From: Alphaproteobacteria bacterium
GTDB lineage: Bacteria > Pseudomonadota > Alphaproteobacteria > SP197
Direction of reading: 5' to 3'
NCBI GenBank assembly: GCA_964291415.2
Contig: OZ219920.1
Location: 1,024,001 to 1,088,000, forward strand
DNA: 64,000 nt
Of the stretch, positions 18,671 to 28,107 are shown one piece after another; positions within the stretch are counted from its first letter, which is position 1; each line of letters begins with the position of its first letter. Made by a program: the position numbers and the translations under genes. The notes under the pieces were generated by a model that saw nothing but the letters and a program-made list of their open reading frames with translations, was not told where the DNA came from and searched no databases.

Positions 18671-20857
18671 TCAGCCCTGCGGGGCCGGCGACGCTTCGTT
18701 GTCGGCGGGTGTCGTGTCGAAGGGCAGGTGCACGGTAAACTCGGTGTAGGTATCGGGTTCGGAGTCGACCGTGATGGTGCCGCCGTGCTGGCGAACGATG
18801 TCGTTCGACATCGCCAGTCCGAGCCCGGTTCCCTGGTCCGTCGGTTTGGTGGTGAAGAAGGGGTTGAATATCTTGTCGATGACGTCGTCGGGAATGCCGG
18901 AGCCGTTGTCGTGCACCGAGATCTCGACACCGTCCTCCAGCTTCTTGGTGCTGATCCGGATAACCGGGTCGAAGTGCGCTGACGGGTCCGCCTCGCGAAT
19001 CTTGCGCCGACGGTCATCGGCCGCATAGCAGGCGTTGCCGATCAGATTGAGAAAGACGCGGCCGATGTCCTGGGGGATGATGTCCATCTCCGGAACCTCG
19101 GGGTCGAGTTCAAAGACAAGTTCGGCCTGGAAGTTGGTGTCGGTTGCCCGAGCGCTGTGATAGGCGAGACGGGCATGCTCGTCGACAAGCGGATTGATCG
19201 CGTAGGGCTGACGCTCGCCCGAGCCACGGCCCATCATCAGCATGCTCTGCACGATGCTGTCGGCGCGCGTGCCATGCTGGCGGATGAGCCTGGTGTTCTC
19301 GACCAGGTCGTCGGTGATTTCCCGGACGAGGGCACGGCGTTCCTTCGTCTCTTCGTTTTCATCGATGTCGGCGAGCAGTGCCTCGATCTCCTCCACCATC
19401 TCCTCAAGCAGTTCCGTCGAGCCTTCGGCGAAATTCTTGATGAAGTTGAGGGGATTGCGGATCTCGTGAGCGACTCCTGCCGTCAGTTCACCGAGTGCTG
19501 CGAGCTTCTCGCGCATGACGATCTGGTCCTGGGCCTTTTCGAGATCGGTCAGCGCCGTCTCGATGAGCTCGTTCTTGGCCTTCAATTCGTTGGCCATCTT
19601 CTCGACAAGATTGAGTCGCTGGACTTCAAGGGCATGCTGCCGGAAGACTTCCAGGGCGGAGGACATCTCCGCAATCTCGTCGCTGCCGCGCACCTCGATC
19701 TCTTCCTCCAGGTCGCCCTTGGCCATGATCCGCATGCGTTCCGACAACCTCGACAGGCGCCGGATAAGGCCGCGACCAATGTAGAGCCAGGAGATCAGCG
19801 CAGCACCCACGACACTGACCAGGCTGATGCCGACCAGGAGATTGCGCCCGGTCAGGATGGCGTCCTCGGACGCTTCGGTCGCATCGATGGCGGCCTCTTC
19901 CGCGTCACCGACCAGCTTCTCGACGTTGCTGACAAGGTTGAGGGCCAGCGACTGGTTCAGTTCCAGAATGCTCTGGAGTTCGGTCTCGGTTTCGAGTTCC
20001 CGCTGGCGGATGTCGAAACTGCTGCCCTCGCCGCTTCCAAGCTGATCCATCGCATTGAAGAGACTCTCGAGCTGTTGCCTCTCGTCACTGTCGGGCAGGG
20101 TGTTGAGGTTGTGCTGGATTCCCCTTCTGACAGCCTCGAACCGTTCCTTCAGGGGCTCGAGAAGAGTGATGCTGGACGTGTTGAAGACCGTCGCCAGGAC
20201 TTCGAACGCCACCTTTGTGCCGGAGTGGATTTCCGAAAGGACCCGGTAGCGCAGAATCTCGTGGTCGGTGAACGCGTGGGTCCGGGACATCGGTACCTCG
20301 CCGAGAGCCCGGTAGCCGGTCATGGCATAGAACAGCTGGTCGTCGATGGCCGGAATGAGAAAGTGGTTGAGTTCCCTGGAGAGCACCGCCATGCGGTCCG
20401 TGACACGCAGGCGTGATGCCTCGAGTGCGAAGAGGTTCCACATCAGGTTCTCGATATCGACGATGGTGCTGATCAGATCGCGGCTCTGGGTGCGGATGGG
20501 CTGGAATTGCTCATCATCGCCGCCGAGTTCCTCGAGCAACCGCAGCTGACTGGCGAATTCGTCGCGATTCTGCTGGACCTCGAAACCGGTGTAGGTGAGG
20601 TCGAGTTGGGTGCCGGCCGAGGTGAGCTTCGGCGCCGCCGCTGCCAGGGCACCGCTGTGCTGGGCGATACCGAAGGCGGCGGCAATGGCCGGAACCGTTT
20701 CTTCGCTGACGTGCCGTTGGGCATCCGCGACGCGGTCGAAGGAGTACCAGCCCACCATGCCGGAGATGACCGTCAGCGTGACCGCCCCCATGATGGCGAT
20801 GGTGAGCTGCGCCGAGATGCGCGAGCGCAGATCGTAGAGGCGCCGGAACATCGTCAC
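18671..20857 (-). CDS. Membrane sensor histidine kinase: TorS/PgtB-type helical periplasmic domain, HAMP, HisKA, HATPase
   Basis: TM1 ending VGWY, about 300-aa helical periplasmic region (..KLTSA..), TM2, HAMP (GSDEIAEM), H-box AHEIRNPLNF, N-box NLIGNA, DNGSG, FFTTK, GTGLGL. Confidence 0.9.
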   Translation of the reverse strand: MTMFRRLYDLRSRISAQLTIAIMGAVTLTVISGMVGWYSFDRVADAQRHVSEETVPAIAAAFGIAQHSGALAAAAPKLTSAGTQLDLTYTGFEVQQNRDEFASQLRLLEELGGDDEQFQPIRTQSRDLISTIVDIENLMWNLFALEASRLRVTDRMAVLSRELNHFLIPAIDDQLFYAMTGYRALGEVPMSRTHAFTDHEILRYRVLSEIHSGTKVAFEVLATVFNTSSITLLEPLKERFEAVRRGIQHNLNTLPDSDERQQLESLFNAMDQLGSGEGSSFDIRQRELETETELQSILELNQSLALNLVSNVEKLVGDAEEAAIDATEASEDAILTGRNLLVGISLVSVVGAALISWLYIGRGLIRRLSRLSERMRIMAKGDLEEEIEVRGSDEIAEMSSALEVFRQHALEVQRLNLVEKMANELKAKNELIETALTDLEKAQDQIVMREKLAALGELTAGVAHEIRNPLNFIKNFAEGSTELLEEMVEEIEALLADIDENEETKERRALVREITDDLVENTRLIRQHGTRADSIVQSMLMMGRGSGERQPYAINPLVDEHARLAYHSARATDTNFQAELVFELDPEVPEMDIIPQDIGRVFLNLIGNACYAADDRRRKIREADPSAHFDPVIRISTKKLEDGVEISVHDNGSGIPDDVIDKIFNPFFTTKPTDQGTGLGLAMSNDIVRQHGGTITVDSEPDTYTEFTVHLPFDTTPADNEASPAPQG

Positions 20858-22089
20858 TCCCCGCCGTCGCCGGCCGTCTCGATCACCGTCCGGTAACGGC
20901 CCTGATCATCGACGACCGTCAGGAAGACCGCATCGGACCCCTGGTTGCCGTCTCCGAACCGGATCGGGAACCCTCCAAGATCGATGACGCGATCGTCGGT
21001 CATGGTGTCGAGGAAACAGGCGCGATCGGGGGATTCCCCACAGCTTTCCAGGATGCTGACGGCCAGGCGACCCGCCAGGTAGCCCTCGAGTGACACGAAT
21101 CCGGGAGGAGTTTCCGGAAACTCCCGCGCCAGAAGCGTGCGATAGTGCTCGACGATCGGTGGACTGGCGACAGTGCTGTCATCGTCAACCACGCGAACGC
21201 GCCCGTCATCGATGAAGACAGCGCCCTCGTTGTCGCCCGGTGGCGGAACCACCTGGGTCACGAAGATGCCGCTGCTGGCGGGTCCGAGTTTCTCGATGAG
21301 TGCATTGCTGCCGACGAACGAGATGGTCATGAAATGGGGTTCGAAGCCGATCTGTTTCGCCCAGGCGATGAAAGTGGCCACCGGATCATAGGCGCCAACG
21401 AGTACGACTGCATCGGGATTGGCGGCTCGAAGATCGAGAAGCCCTGTCTTGACTGCCGTGGTGTTGCGTGGGTAGACGCCGGTTCCGACCATCGCAAGAC
21501 CACGGCGCTCGAGAGCGATCTGCACACCGCGCAGACCGGCCTGGCCGAATGAATCGTCCTGGTAGAACACGCCAATACGGTCGATACCCAGGGATCTTGT
21601 CAGGAAATCGACGATTTTCTCGGTTTCCTGATAGTATGACGCCCGCAAGTTGATCACGGTGCTCCACTGGCGGTCTCGCAGGAAGGCGGCGCCGGTGAAG
21701 GGTGCGATGTAGGGCACATTGTCGGCGTGGGCCACCGGGACGGCAGACCTCGAGGTTGGCGTGCCGACGGCGCCGATCAGCGCAAAGACGTTCTCCCGTG
21801 TGATCAGCTCCGTCGTGTTGGCGATGGCCGCTTCCGGCTCGTAGGCATCATCGAGCGAGACAAGTTCGAGAGTGCGGCCAAAGACACCGCCCGCCTCGTT
21901 GGCTTCCGCAAATGCCAACTCGATGCCCAGCCGAATCTCCTTTCCAAGATCCTGCGCCGGTCCGCTGAAGGCTGCCGACTGTCCGAACTTGATGGAATCG
22001 TCGTCGACGCCGGACTCCTGGCCGTGGGCAAGGCTGGCGGCCAGGACGAGAACGGCAGCGCACAATCGGGGCTGCAGGGCCCGTAGCAT
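20854..22089 (-). CDS. Periplasmic ligand-binding protein (Leu/Ile/Val-binding type I fold) with no cognate permease
   Basis: Signal peptide (ASLAHG/Q), FGQSAAFSGP, DDAYEP, GAVGTPT, NLRASY, QDDSFG, SLEGY. Confidence 0.88.
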   Translation of the reverse strand: MLRALQPRLCAAVLVLAASLAHGQESGVDDDSIKFGQSAAFSGPAQDLGKEIRLGIELAFAEANEAGGVFGRTLELVSLDDAYEPEAAIANTTELITRENVFALIGAVGTPTSRSAVPVAHADNVPYIAPFTGAAFLRDRQWSTVINLRASYYQETEKIVDFLTRSLGIDRIGVFYQDDSFGQAGLRGVQIALERRGLAMVGTGVYPRNTTAVKTGLLDLRAANPDAVVLVGAYDPVATFIAWAKQIGFEPHFMTISFVGSNALIEKLGPASSGIFVTQVVPPPGDNEGAVFIDDGRVRVVDDDSTVASPPIVEHYRTLLAREFPETPPGFVSLEGYLAGRLAVSILESCGESPDRACFLDTMTDDRVIDLGGFPIRFGDGNQGSDAVFLTVVDDQGRYRTVIETAGDGGE

Positions 22090-22508
22090 CAGTTCCTCCG
22101 CTTGGAGAGTGCCACGTGATTCTTGTTGTCGTCCCGCCAGTACCGGACGTCATCCACGAGCGTCTTGACGAAATGAACGCCGAGTCCGCCGACCCTGCGT
22201 TCTGCCAGCGCCGAGTCCGTGTCGGGATCCGGGGCATCCTCCAGGGGGTTGAAAGGGTCGCCATCGTCAACGATCCGGATCCTGACTTCGTCATCGTCGG
22301 ACTCGATCGTGACCGTCATGTCGTGATCGAGGTTGTCGCTGTGGGCGTAGTTGACCACGTTGGTGCACAGTTCATCGAGAACCAGCCTGATCTTGAATTC
22401 GATGTCCGGTTGCCAGCCCTCGGCGCCGGAAACCTCGTCCACGGCGGTCTCGACCTTCTGCAGTTCCTCGATGGTCGTCCTGATGACCAGGGTCGTGCTG
22501 GCTGCCAC
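22089..22508 (-). CDS. RsbW/SpoIIAB-like anti-sigma factor Ser kinase (HATPase_c_2)
   Basis: LVLDELCTNVVNYA, DDGDPFNP, GGLGVHFVK; GTG start just after the upstream stop. Confidence 0.88.
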   Translation of the reverse strand: MAASTTLVIRTTIEELQKVETAVDEVSGAEGWQPDIEFKIRLVLDELCTNVVNYAHSDNLDHDMTVTIESDDDEVRIRIVDDGDPFNPLEDAPDPDTDSALAERRVGGLGVHFVKTLVDDVRYWRDDNKNHVALSKRRN

Positions 22509-22512
22509 ACCA

Positions 22513-23670
22513 TCACTCCGAACGGTAGAGAGTGAGACACGTGATGTCGTCAAACTGCGGAGCGTCCCCCGAGAAGGCCTCAACCGCTCTGAACACGATG
22601 TCGTTGGCTTCCCTGGCGCTTGTCGGCGGCGACTCGCTGAACAGTTCCGTCAGCTGTTCCAGGCCGAACTGGTCCTGGTTCACGTTCTCGGCCTCCGTCA
22701 CGCCGTCGGTATAGCAGACGGCCATGTCACCGGGCTCCAGCCGGATCTGCTGTTGCGTGTACTCGATGCCGGGCACAACCCCGAGCGCAACGCCGGCGGA
22801 GGTGCCGAACACTGTGTGGCTGCCATCCGCGTGGACGATGAGCGGGGGATTGTGACCTGCATTGGCAAAGGTGAGGAGGCCCGAGGCGGGATCGTAGATG
22901 GCAAAGAACAGGGTCACGAACATCGACGTTTCGTTGTTCTCGTTCAGCAGTTCGTTGACTTCCGTCAGCACTTCGCTTGGCGACGTTCTGCCAACAGCTG
23001 CGCCCTTGAGAAGGGTGCGGCTCGACATCATGAAGAGTGCGGCGGGGACGCCCTTTCCGGAGACATCCGCTATGGCCAGGCCGACCCTGTTGTCAGGCAG
23101 GTTGAGAATGTCGAAAAAATCGCCGCCGACGTCCCGGGCCGGCTCCATGTTGGCAAAGACCTGGTAGGTCTGCGTCTCCGGAAAACTCGTCGGAAGGATT
23201 GCCTGCTGCATCGATCGTCCGACGCTGAGCTCGTTTTCCAGGGCGACGAGCTTGTCGCGTGATTGCAGTGCTTCGCGGAGCATCGTGAGATGCCGCAGGG
23301 TGCGATCGATGGTGACCCTCAGATCATCGAAATCAAGCGGCTTGGTCACGAAGTCGAAGGCGCCGCGATTCATCGCGGTGCGGATGTTCTTCATGTCGCC
23401 ATAGGCCGAGACAATCACCGAACGGATGTTGGGATCCACCTTGGGAATCTGTTCCAGCAGCGTCAGGCCATCCATCTCGGGCATGTTGATGTCCGAGAGA
23501 ACCATCTCGATTTCGGGGTCCTCGTTGAGCGCCTCGAGGGCCTGGACGCCGTTGCCGGCAAACGTGAAGTGGAACTTCCCGCGTCTGATCTCCCGGCGCA
23601 TGCGCTGCAGCATCAGGCGCTCCAGATCCGGTTCATCGTCAACGACAAGTATCTTGCGGGGTTCGGTCAT
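22513..23670 (-). CDS. Response regulator with REC domain and PP2C/SpoIIE phosphatase (RsbU/RsbP-like)
   Basis: ILVVDDE, LSDINMP, SAYG, VTKP; VGGDFFD, ADVSGKG, NAGHNPP, YTDGVTE, DDIT. Confidence 0.93.
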   Translation of the reverse strand: MTEPRKILVVDDEPDLERLMLQRMRREIRRGKFHFTFAGNGVQALEALNEDPEIEMVLSDINMPEMDGLTLLEQIPKVDPNIRSVIVSAYGDMKNIRTAMNRGAFDFVTKPLDFDDLRVTIDRTLRHLTMLREALQSRDKLVALENELSVGRSMQQAILPTSFPETQTYQVFANMEPARDVGGDFFDILNLPDNRVGLAIADVSGKGVPAALFMMSSRTLLKGAAVGRTSPSEVLTEVNELLNENNETSMFVTLFFAIYDPASGLLTFANAGHNPPLIVHADGSHTVFGTSAGVALGVVPGIEYTQQQIRLEPGDMAVCYTDGVTEAENVNQDQFGLEQLTELFSESPPTSAREANDIVFRAVEAFSGDAPQFDDITCLTLYRSE

Positions 23671-23718
23671 GGGGCGCCCATCAGTAAAGTCAACCGGAGG
23701 TAAGCGGGTGATGCGGCC

Positions 23719-24060
23719 TTACTTTTCCTGTGTGGCGTCAAGCGCCTCGGCCTTGTCGGCACACACCTGGATGATCTTGTCGAATCCGGCTATGGAAAAC
23801 ACCTCCTGGATGGATGGCTGCAACGAATGAAGCGCCAGCTTCGCATTGCGCGTCCACAGGTTCTTGGTGATCACCAGAACCGCCCTCAATCCAGCGCTGT
23901 TGATGTAGCTCAGGTTCTCGAAGTCAACGATGACCCTGCGGATGTCATCCGTGATGGCCCTTTCCATCAGGTGCTGGAACTCGCTGACCGTGGCGCTGTC
24001 AATGCGGCCGTTGACGGTGGTGACAAGGACATCGTCCTCTCGCTCTGTCCTGACTTCCAT
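23719..24060 (-). CDS. STAS-domain anti-sigma factor antagonist (RsbV/SpoIIAA-like)
   Basis: GRIDSA, VDFENLSYINSAGLR (conserved phospho-Ser), EVFSIAGF; RBS AGGAG. Confidence 0.92.
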   Translation of the reverse strand: MEVRTEREDDVLVTTVNGRIDSATVSEFQHLMERAITDDIRRVIVDFENLSYINSAGLRAVLVITKNLWTRNAKLALHSLQPSIQEVFSIAGFDKIIQVCADKAEALDATQEK

Positions 24061-24198
24061 TGTTGAGACCCGCTTTCTCCTGTTGGCGCTGAAATGGCGA
24101 TGACATCAGGGAATCGGACGATTCCCCGGGCAACGAACGGAATGCCGCATCCCTTCTGTCGGTCGGCAGCCTCCGGTGATCCCGATGATCATTCCCGA

Positions 24199-24227
24199 AA
24201 CCTAGAACGCCCCTGCCTGCTGTTCAA
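24199..24227 (-). promoter_or_regulatory. Putative sigma70 promoter of the STAS operon
   Basis: TTGAAC-N17-TAGGTT on the minus strand, about 140 nt upstream of the STAS start. Confidence 0.45.
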
Positions 24228-24236
24228 GCCTGTCGC

Positions 24237-27200
24237 TCATGACTTTGTGCCCATGTCGAGGATCGTTCCGAAGTGGAGGCGCGCCTGTTTCGCCGCATGA
24301 TCGATGGAATCGACAAGGGCATGGGAGACAAGCTGTCCGCCGAGCCGTTCCATGAGCGCGGTGTCGGCCAGGCTGCCGGCCCCTTCCTCTTCTCCGCTCA
24401 GCCGCGCCATGCCCTGGAGATTGTTCCACAGCGCCGTCGTTTCGCCGAGTTCGATGGCGACATCTTCGGCGATGAGGGAGAGGTCGCCGGCGCGTTCGAA
24501 AACTCCGATGGTGTTTCCTGCCAGGATCTCCGGCGTGTCGCGGGCATGCAGAAGCTCCAGGTACTGGGCGATGAACTCGACATCGAGAAGCCCTCCCGGC
24601 ATGTGCTTGATCGTCTCCTGGCTGGCTCGGTTTTCTTCGCGAATGCGCTCTCGCATGTCGATGACGTCGCCAGCAAGGGCTTCCCGGGCGCGCGCCCTGG
24701 TCAGAACGTCATGGCGCACCCGTTCGAACTCGTCCCCAAGTCGTCCGCTGGCGGCGACGACACGGGCCCTGGTGAGGGCCTGGTGTTCCCACGTCCATGC
24801 ATTCTCGTGCTGGTAGGATTCGAAGGAATCGAGGGAACAGGCAATGGGACCGGCCTTTCCGGAGGGGCGCAGCCTCATGTCGACGTCATAGAGGCGGCCT
24901 TCCCTGGTCGGCGCCGTGATGGCGGTGATCAGGCGGCGGCACAGGCGCGCATAGTAGTGAGTGGCCGGGAGTGGCTTGCGGCCATCCGACGCCGCCTCGC
25001 TGCCGCTCTGGTCATAGAGGAACAGGAGGTCGAGATCCGAACTCACCGTCATCTCCCGGCTGCCAAGCTTGCCGAAGGCGATGATCGCGAAGGAGCCGCC
25101 GGGTACACGGCCATGATCCGCCTCGAACTCCCTTTCGACGACGGGCAGCAGGGCGGAAATGCAGGCGTCGGCAATGTCGGAGAGAGGGCGGGCGGCCTCG
25201 ACCGGAGTCAGCATGCCCTCGAGCAGGTGCACGCCGATCTGGAAGACCTTGTCGTTTGCCCAGCGCCTGACCTCGTCAAGCACGTCCTGGAGGTCTCGTG
25301 CCCGGCCGGTGGCCTCGGCCAGCTGGGCGGTCATTTCCTCCCTGTCGAGTTCCAGGGTGTAGAACAGGCGCACCAGACCCCGGCGGGCGGTTTCGGCAAT
25401 CTCCGCTTCGAGGTCCTCGTCATCGAAGGAAAGATCGGTGAACTCGCGGGCGAGCACGCTGTCCATCAGCGTCGGCTTGCGGGTGAGCCAGCGGGACAGA
25501 TATGGCGCCACGCCCAGGATCTCGCCGAGCAGTTCCAGAAGATGTGGATGGGCGGCAACGAGGGAAAGGAAGGATGTACCGGCGGGCAGGCGGGACAGGA
25601 ATTCATCGAACTTCATCAGCACGGCATCGCAGTCGCGCAATCCGGCGAACACGCCCAGCGCCGAGGGTGCAAGGCGCATCAGGTGTTCGATGGATTGCGG
25701 GGTCCGCAGTACCGGGTATGGCCCCGCCTTCCATGCCATGACGGTGGCGGCAGCGCGTTCGGGCTCGCCATAGCCCAGCGCCGCGAGGCTCTTGCGGGTC
25801 GTGTCATCCACCGAATCTCCGGTGAAATCCATGGGTTGTTGCCTGATGCTCTCCACCCTCTCCGCGAAGAGACTGGTGTAGTGCCTTTCGACAACGGCCA
25901 CGGCGTCGAGAAACGAGCATTCCAGTGCATCGGCGTCCGCAAATCCCGAGAAAGCCGCGATGTTGCCGATACCTTCCGCGTTCGCGGGAAGGCTGTGCGT
26001 CTGGCGGTCGTCGACCATCTGCAGCCGGTGCTCGAGGGTGCGCAGAAAGCGGTAGGCCTCTTTCAGTTCAATGGCCGCACCGTGGGTCACGTGCCCGCCT
26101 GCAACGAGGATGTCGAGCGTCTCGCAGGTCCCCCTGGTTCGCAAGGCGGTTTCCCGGCCACCCCAGATCAGCTGTTGTGCCTGCACATAGAATTCAATCT
26201 CGCGAATGCCACCGCCGCCGAGCTTGACGTTGCGTCCCATGAACGTTCCGCCGTCGCGGGAGCGTGACGAGTCGATCTGCTGCTTGATGGTCCGGATATC
26301 CTGCATGGCCGCGAAATCCAGATGGCGCCTCCAGATGAAGGGCTGCAGCTCTTCGAGAAAAACCTCGCCCCTTGCCGTGTCGCCGGCCACGGTGCGTGCC
26401 TTGATCATGGCGGCGCGCTCCCAGTTGCGCGCCGACTCGCGATAGTAGGTTCCGGCAGAGACGGTGGAGATGGCCGGGGGCGTCGACGACGGGTCGGGAC
26501 GCAGTCTGAGATCGGTGCGAAAGACATAGCCGTCGGCAGTCTGTGCGTCGATGATCCGCGTCAGGCCCTGGGCAAAGCGTGTCATTGTCCGCTGCAGATC
26601 CTCGGCTCCAGTGGTCGGCACGATCTCGGGATCAAAGAGAATGATGAGATCGATGTCGCTGGAGTAATTGAGTTCGCCCGCCCCGAACTTGCCCATGCCG
26701 AGAACGAAGAGTCCGCACGCCGTTTCCGCATCATCCGGGTCCGCAAGGATGAGTCTCTCCCTTGCGTGAAGCGCTCGCAACAGGTGCCGGCAGGCCGTCC
26801 TGAGAGCGGTTTCGGCGAATTGCGAGAGGTTGCCGGTGACCTGCTCGAGCGACCAGAGGGACGAGATGTCGGCAAGGCCAGCCGCGAGATGGACACGCCG
26901 CTTGGCACGCCTCAGGCGAGTCATGAGGTCCTTTTCGGTTTCCCCGTCGATGTCCGGCCCCGCCATCGCGATGGCCGCATCGAAGGCGGCGTCCGGGCCG
27001 TCGCCGATCAGCGTCAAGGCGAACAGGGGATCGACCGTCACGCAGCGTGACAGGTAGGGGCTGTGTCGGAAGACGGGATCGAGGATTCCCTCGGCGGCGG
27101 GGCGCAAATCGAGGGCCCGCGTCCTCAGCTCCTCGTCACGAATTCGCCCGGCTGCCGCCTGCCAGCGCTGCCAGAGAAGCTCGACGCTCTCGGGAACCAA

Positions 27201-27239
27201 CTCCGGGGCCTTCAGTCCGGACCAGGCCTGGAAAATCAT
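24237..27239 (-). CDS. glnE: Glutamine synthetase adenylyltransferase/deadenylase
   Basis: Two nucleotidyltransferase domains: GMGKFGAGELNYSSDIDL...DLRLRP and AFGKLGSREMTVSSDLDL...DMRLRP; WEHQAL. Confidence 0.95.
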   Translation of the reverse strand: MIFQAWSGLKAPELVPESVELLWQRWQAAAGRIRDEELRTRALDLRPAAEGILDPVFRHSPYLSRCVTVDPLFALTLIGDGPDAAFDAAIAMAGPDIDGETEKDLMTRLRRAKRRVHLAAGLADISSLWSLEQVTGNLSQFAETALRTACRHLLRALHARERLILADPDDAETACGLFVLGMGKFGAGELNYSSDIDLIILFDPEIVPTTGAEDLQRTMTRFAQGLTRIIDAQTADGYVFRTDLRLRPDPSSTPPAISTVSAGTYYRESARNWERAAMIKARTVAGDTARGEVFLEELQPFIWRRHLDFAAMQDIRTIKQQIDSSRSRDGGTFMGRNVKLGGGGIREIEFYVQAQQLIWGGRETALRTRGTCETLDILVAGGHVTHGAAIELKEAYRFLRTLEHRLQMVDDRQTHSLPANAEGIGNIAAFSGFADADALECSFLDAVAVVERHYTSLFAERVESIRQQPMDFTGDSVDDTTRKSLAALGYGEPERAAATVMAWKAGPYPVLRTPQSIEHLMRLAPSALGVFAGLRDCDAVLMKFDEFLSRLPAGTSFLSLVAAHPHLLELLGEILGVAPYLSRWLTRKPTLMDSVLAREFTDLSFDDEDLEAEIAETARRGLVRLFYTLELDREEMTAQLAEATGRARDLQDVLDEVRRWANDKVFQIGVHLLEGMLTPVEAARPLSDIADACISALLPVVEREFEADHGRVPGGSFAIIAFGKLGSREMTVSSDLDLLFLYDQSGSEAASDGRKPLPATHYYARLCRRLITAITAPTREGRLYDVDMRLRPSGKAGPIACSLDSFESYQHENAWTWEHQALTRARVVAASGRLGDEFERVRHDVLTRARAREALAGDVIDMRERIREENRASQETIKHMPGGLLDVEFIAQYLELLHARDTPEILAGNTIGVFERAGDLSLIAEDVAIELGETTALWNNLQGMARLSGEEEGAGSLADTALMERLGGQLVSHALVDSIDHAAKQARLHFGTILDMGTKS

Positions 27240-27300
27240 CCGCTACCCGTCTCGCAGTGGAAGGGTGCGGAAGTCTGTGGACTGGCAACAGATGAGTCAA

Positions 27301-28107
27301 TCAGCGTGCCCGCGGCATGTCGACCGCCGGCTTCACGGGTTCCTGCAGGCGAAAGAGCCTGCCCGGACCGGCCATGGGATCATGGACACCGATCTGCCGC
27401 AGCATGCGCCAGACGAGTGCCTGGTTGCTCGTCACGACCGGTCTGCCGGTCTCATCCTCGATCGCGTCGATGACCTCGACAGCGCGAAGGGCCGTGCACG
27501 ACAGGAATATGCCGTCACAATTGATTGTGCAGGCGTCGAGGGCGAGGCGCGCGATGTCACGGGGCTCGACTCGCGCCATGTCCCGACCCCGGGCAATGCC
27601 GAGTCCCCTCATGGAGCAGACTTCGAATCCGCGATCTTCGAGGAACGCCGCCTCCATGCGGTTGACCTCGTCGAGATAGGGCGTACCCACAGCCACACGG
27701 GTGATCCCGAGATGGCGCATGGCGTCGACGACGCACGTGACCAGCGCCAGGGCACGGGTCTCCGGCTGTGCGCTCCTGATGGCGCGTTCGACGGCAGCCT
27801 CGCCCGCGGCAATGCTGCCCGAGGTGCACACATAGGCGATGGCGTCGAGATTCTCGGGCAGCAGGCGCGCCGCATCGTTCAGATCTCCGGCAACCGCAGC
27901 CAGATTCTGCACGTTCACCGGATCGGCAAGCCGCACTCTGGTAACGAAGACACCGACATCCCGCGGCACCATCGCCCGGATGTCGTCGTCCGCCGTCTCT
28001 TCGGTGTCGAGAAGGATGAAGCCCAGGCGCCCCCTGGCATGGCGTCCCTGTCCCTCGTTGCCGGGCGAGAGACACGGCCGGACCCGGGTCGAGGCGTGGT
28101 CAGTCAT
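27301..28107 (-). CDS. Maleate cis-trans isomerase / Asp-Glu racemase / EutA-like protein
   Basis: Two catalytic Cys motifs, AYVCTSGS and FLSCTAL; TPY; PVVTSNQA; start overlaps the xth stop. Confidence 0.85.
   Translation of the reverse strand: MTDHASTRVRPCLSPGNEGQGRHARGRLGFILLDTEETADDDIRAMVPRDVGVFVTRVRLADPVNVQNLAAVAGDLNDAARLLPENLDAIAYVCTSGSIAAGEAAVERAIRSAQPETRALALVTCVVDAMRHLGITRVAVGTPYLDEVNRMEAAFLEDRGFEVCSMRGLGIARGRDMARVEPRDIARLALDACTINCDGIFLSCTALRAVEVIDAIEDETGRPVVTSNQALVWRMLRQIGVHDPMAGPGRLFRLQEPVKPAVDMPRAR

Noticed and set aside
24106-24192. Small ORF MIIGITGG... in the STAS leader, resembling a P-loop kinase start
   Set aside because: No RBS and no GKS/T; probably coincidence.
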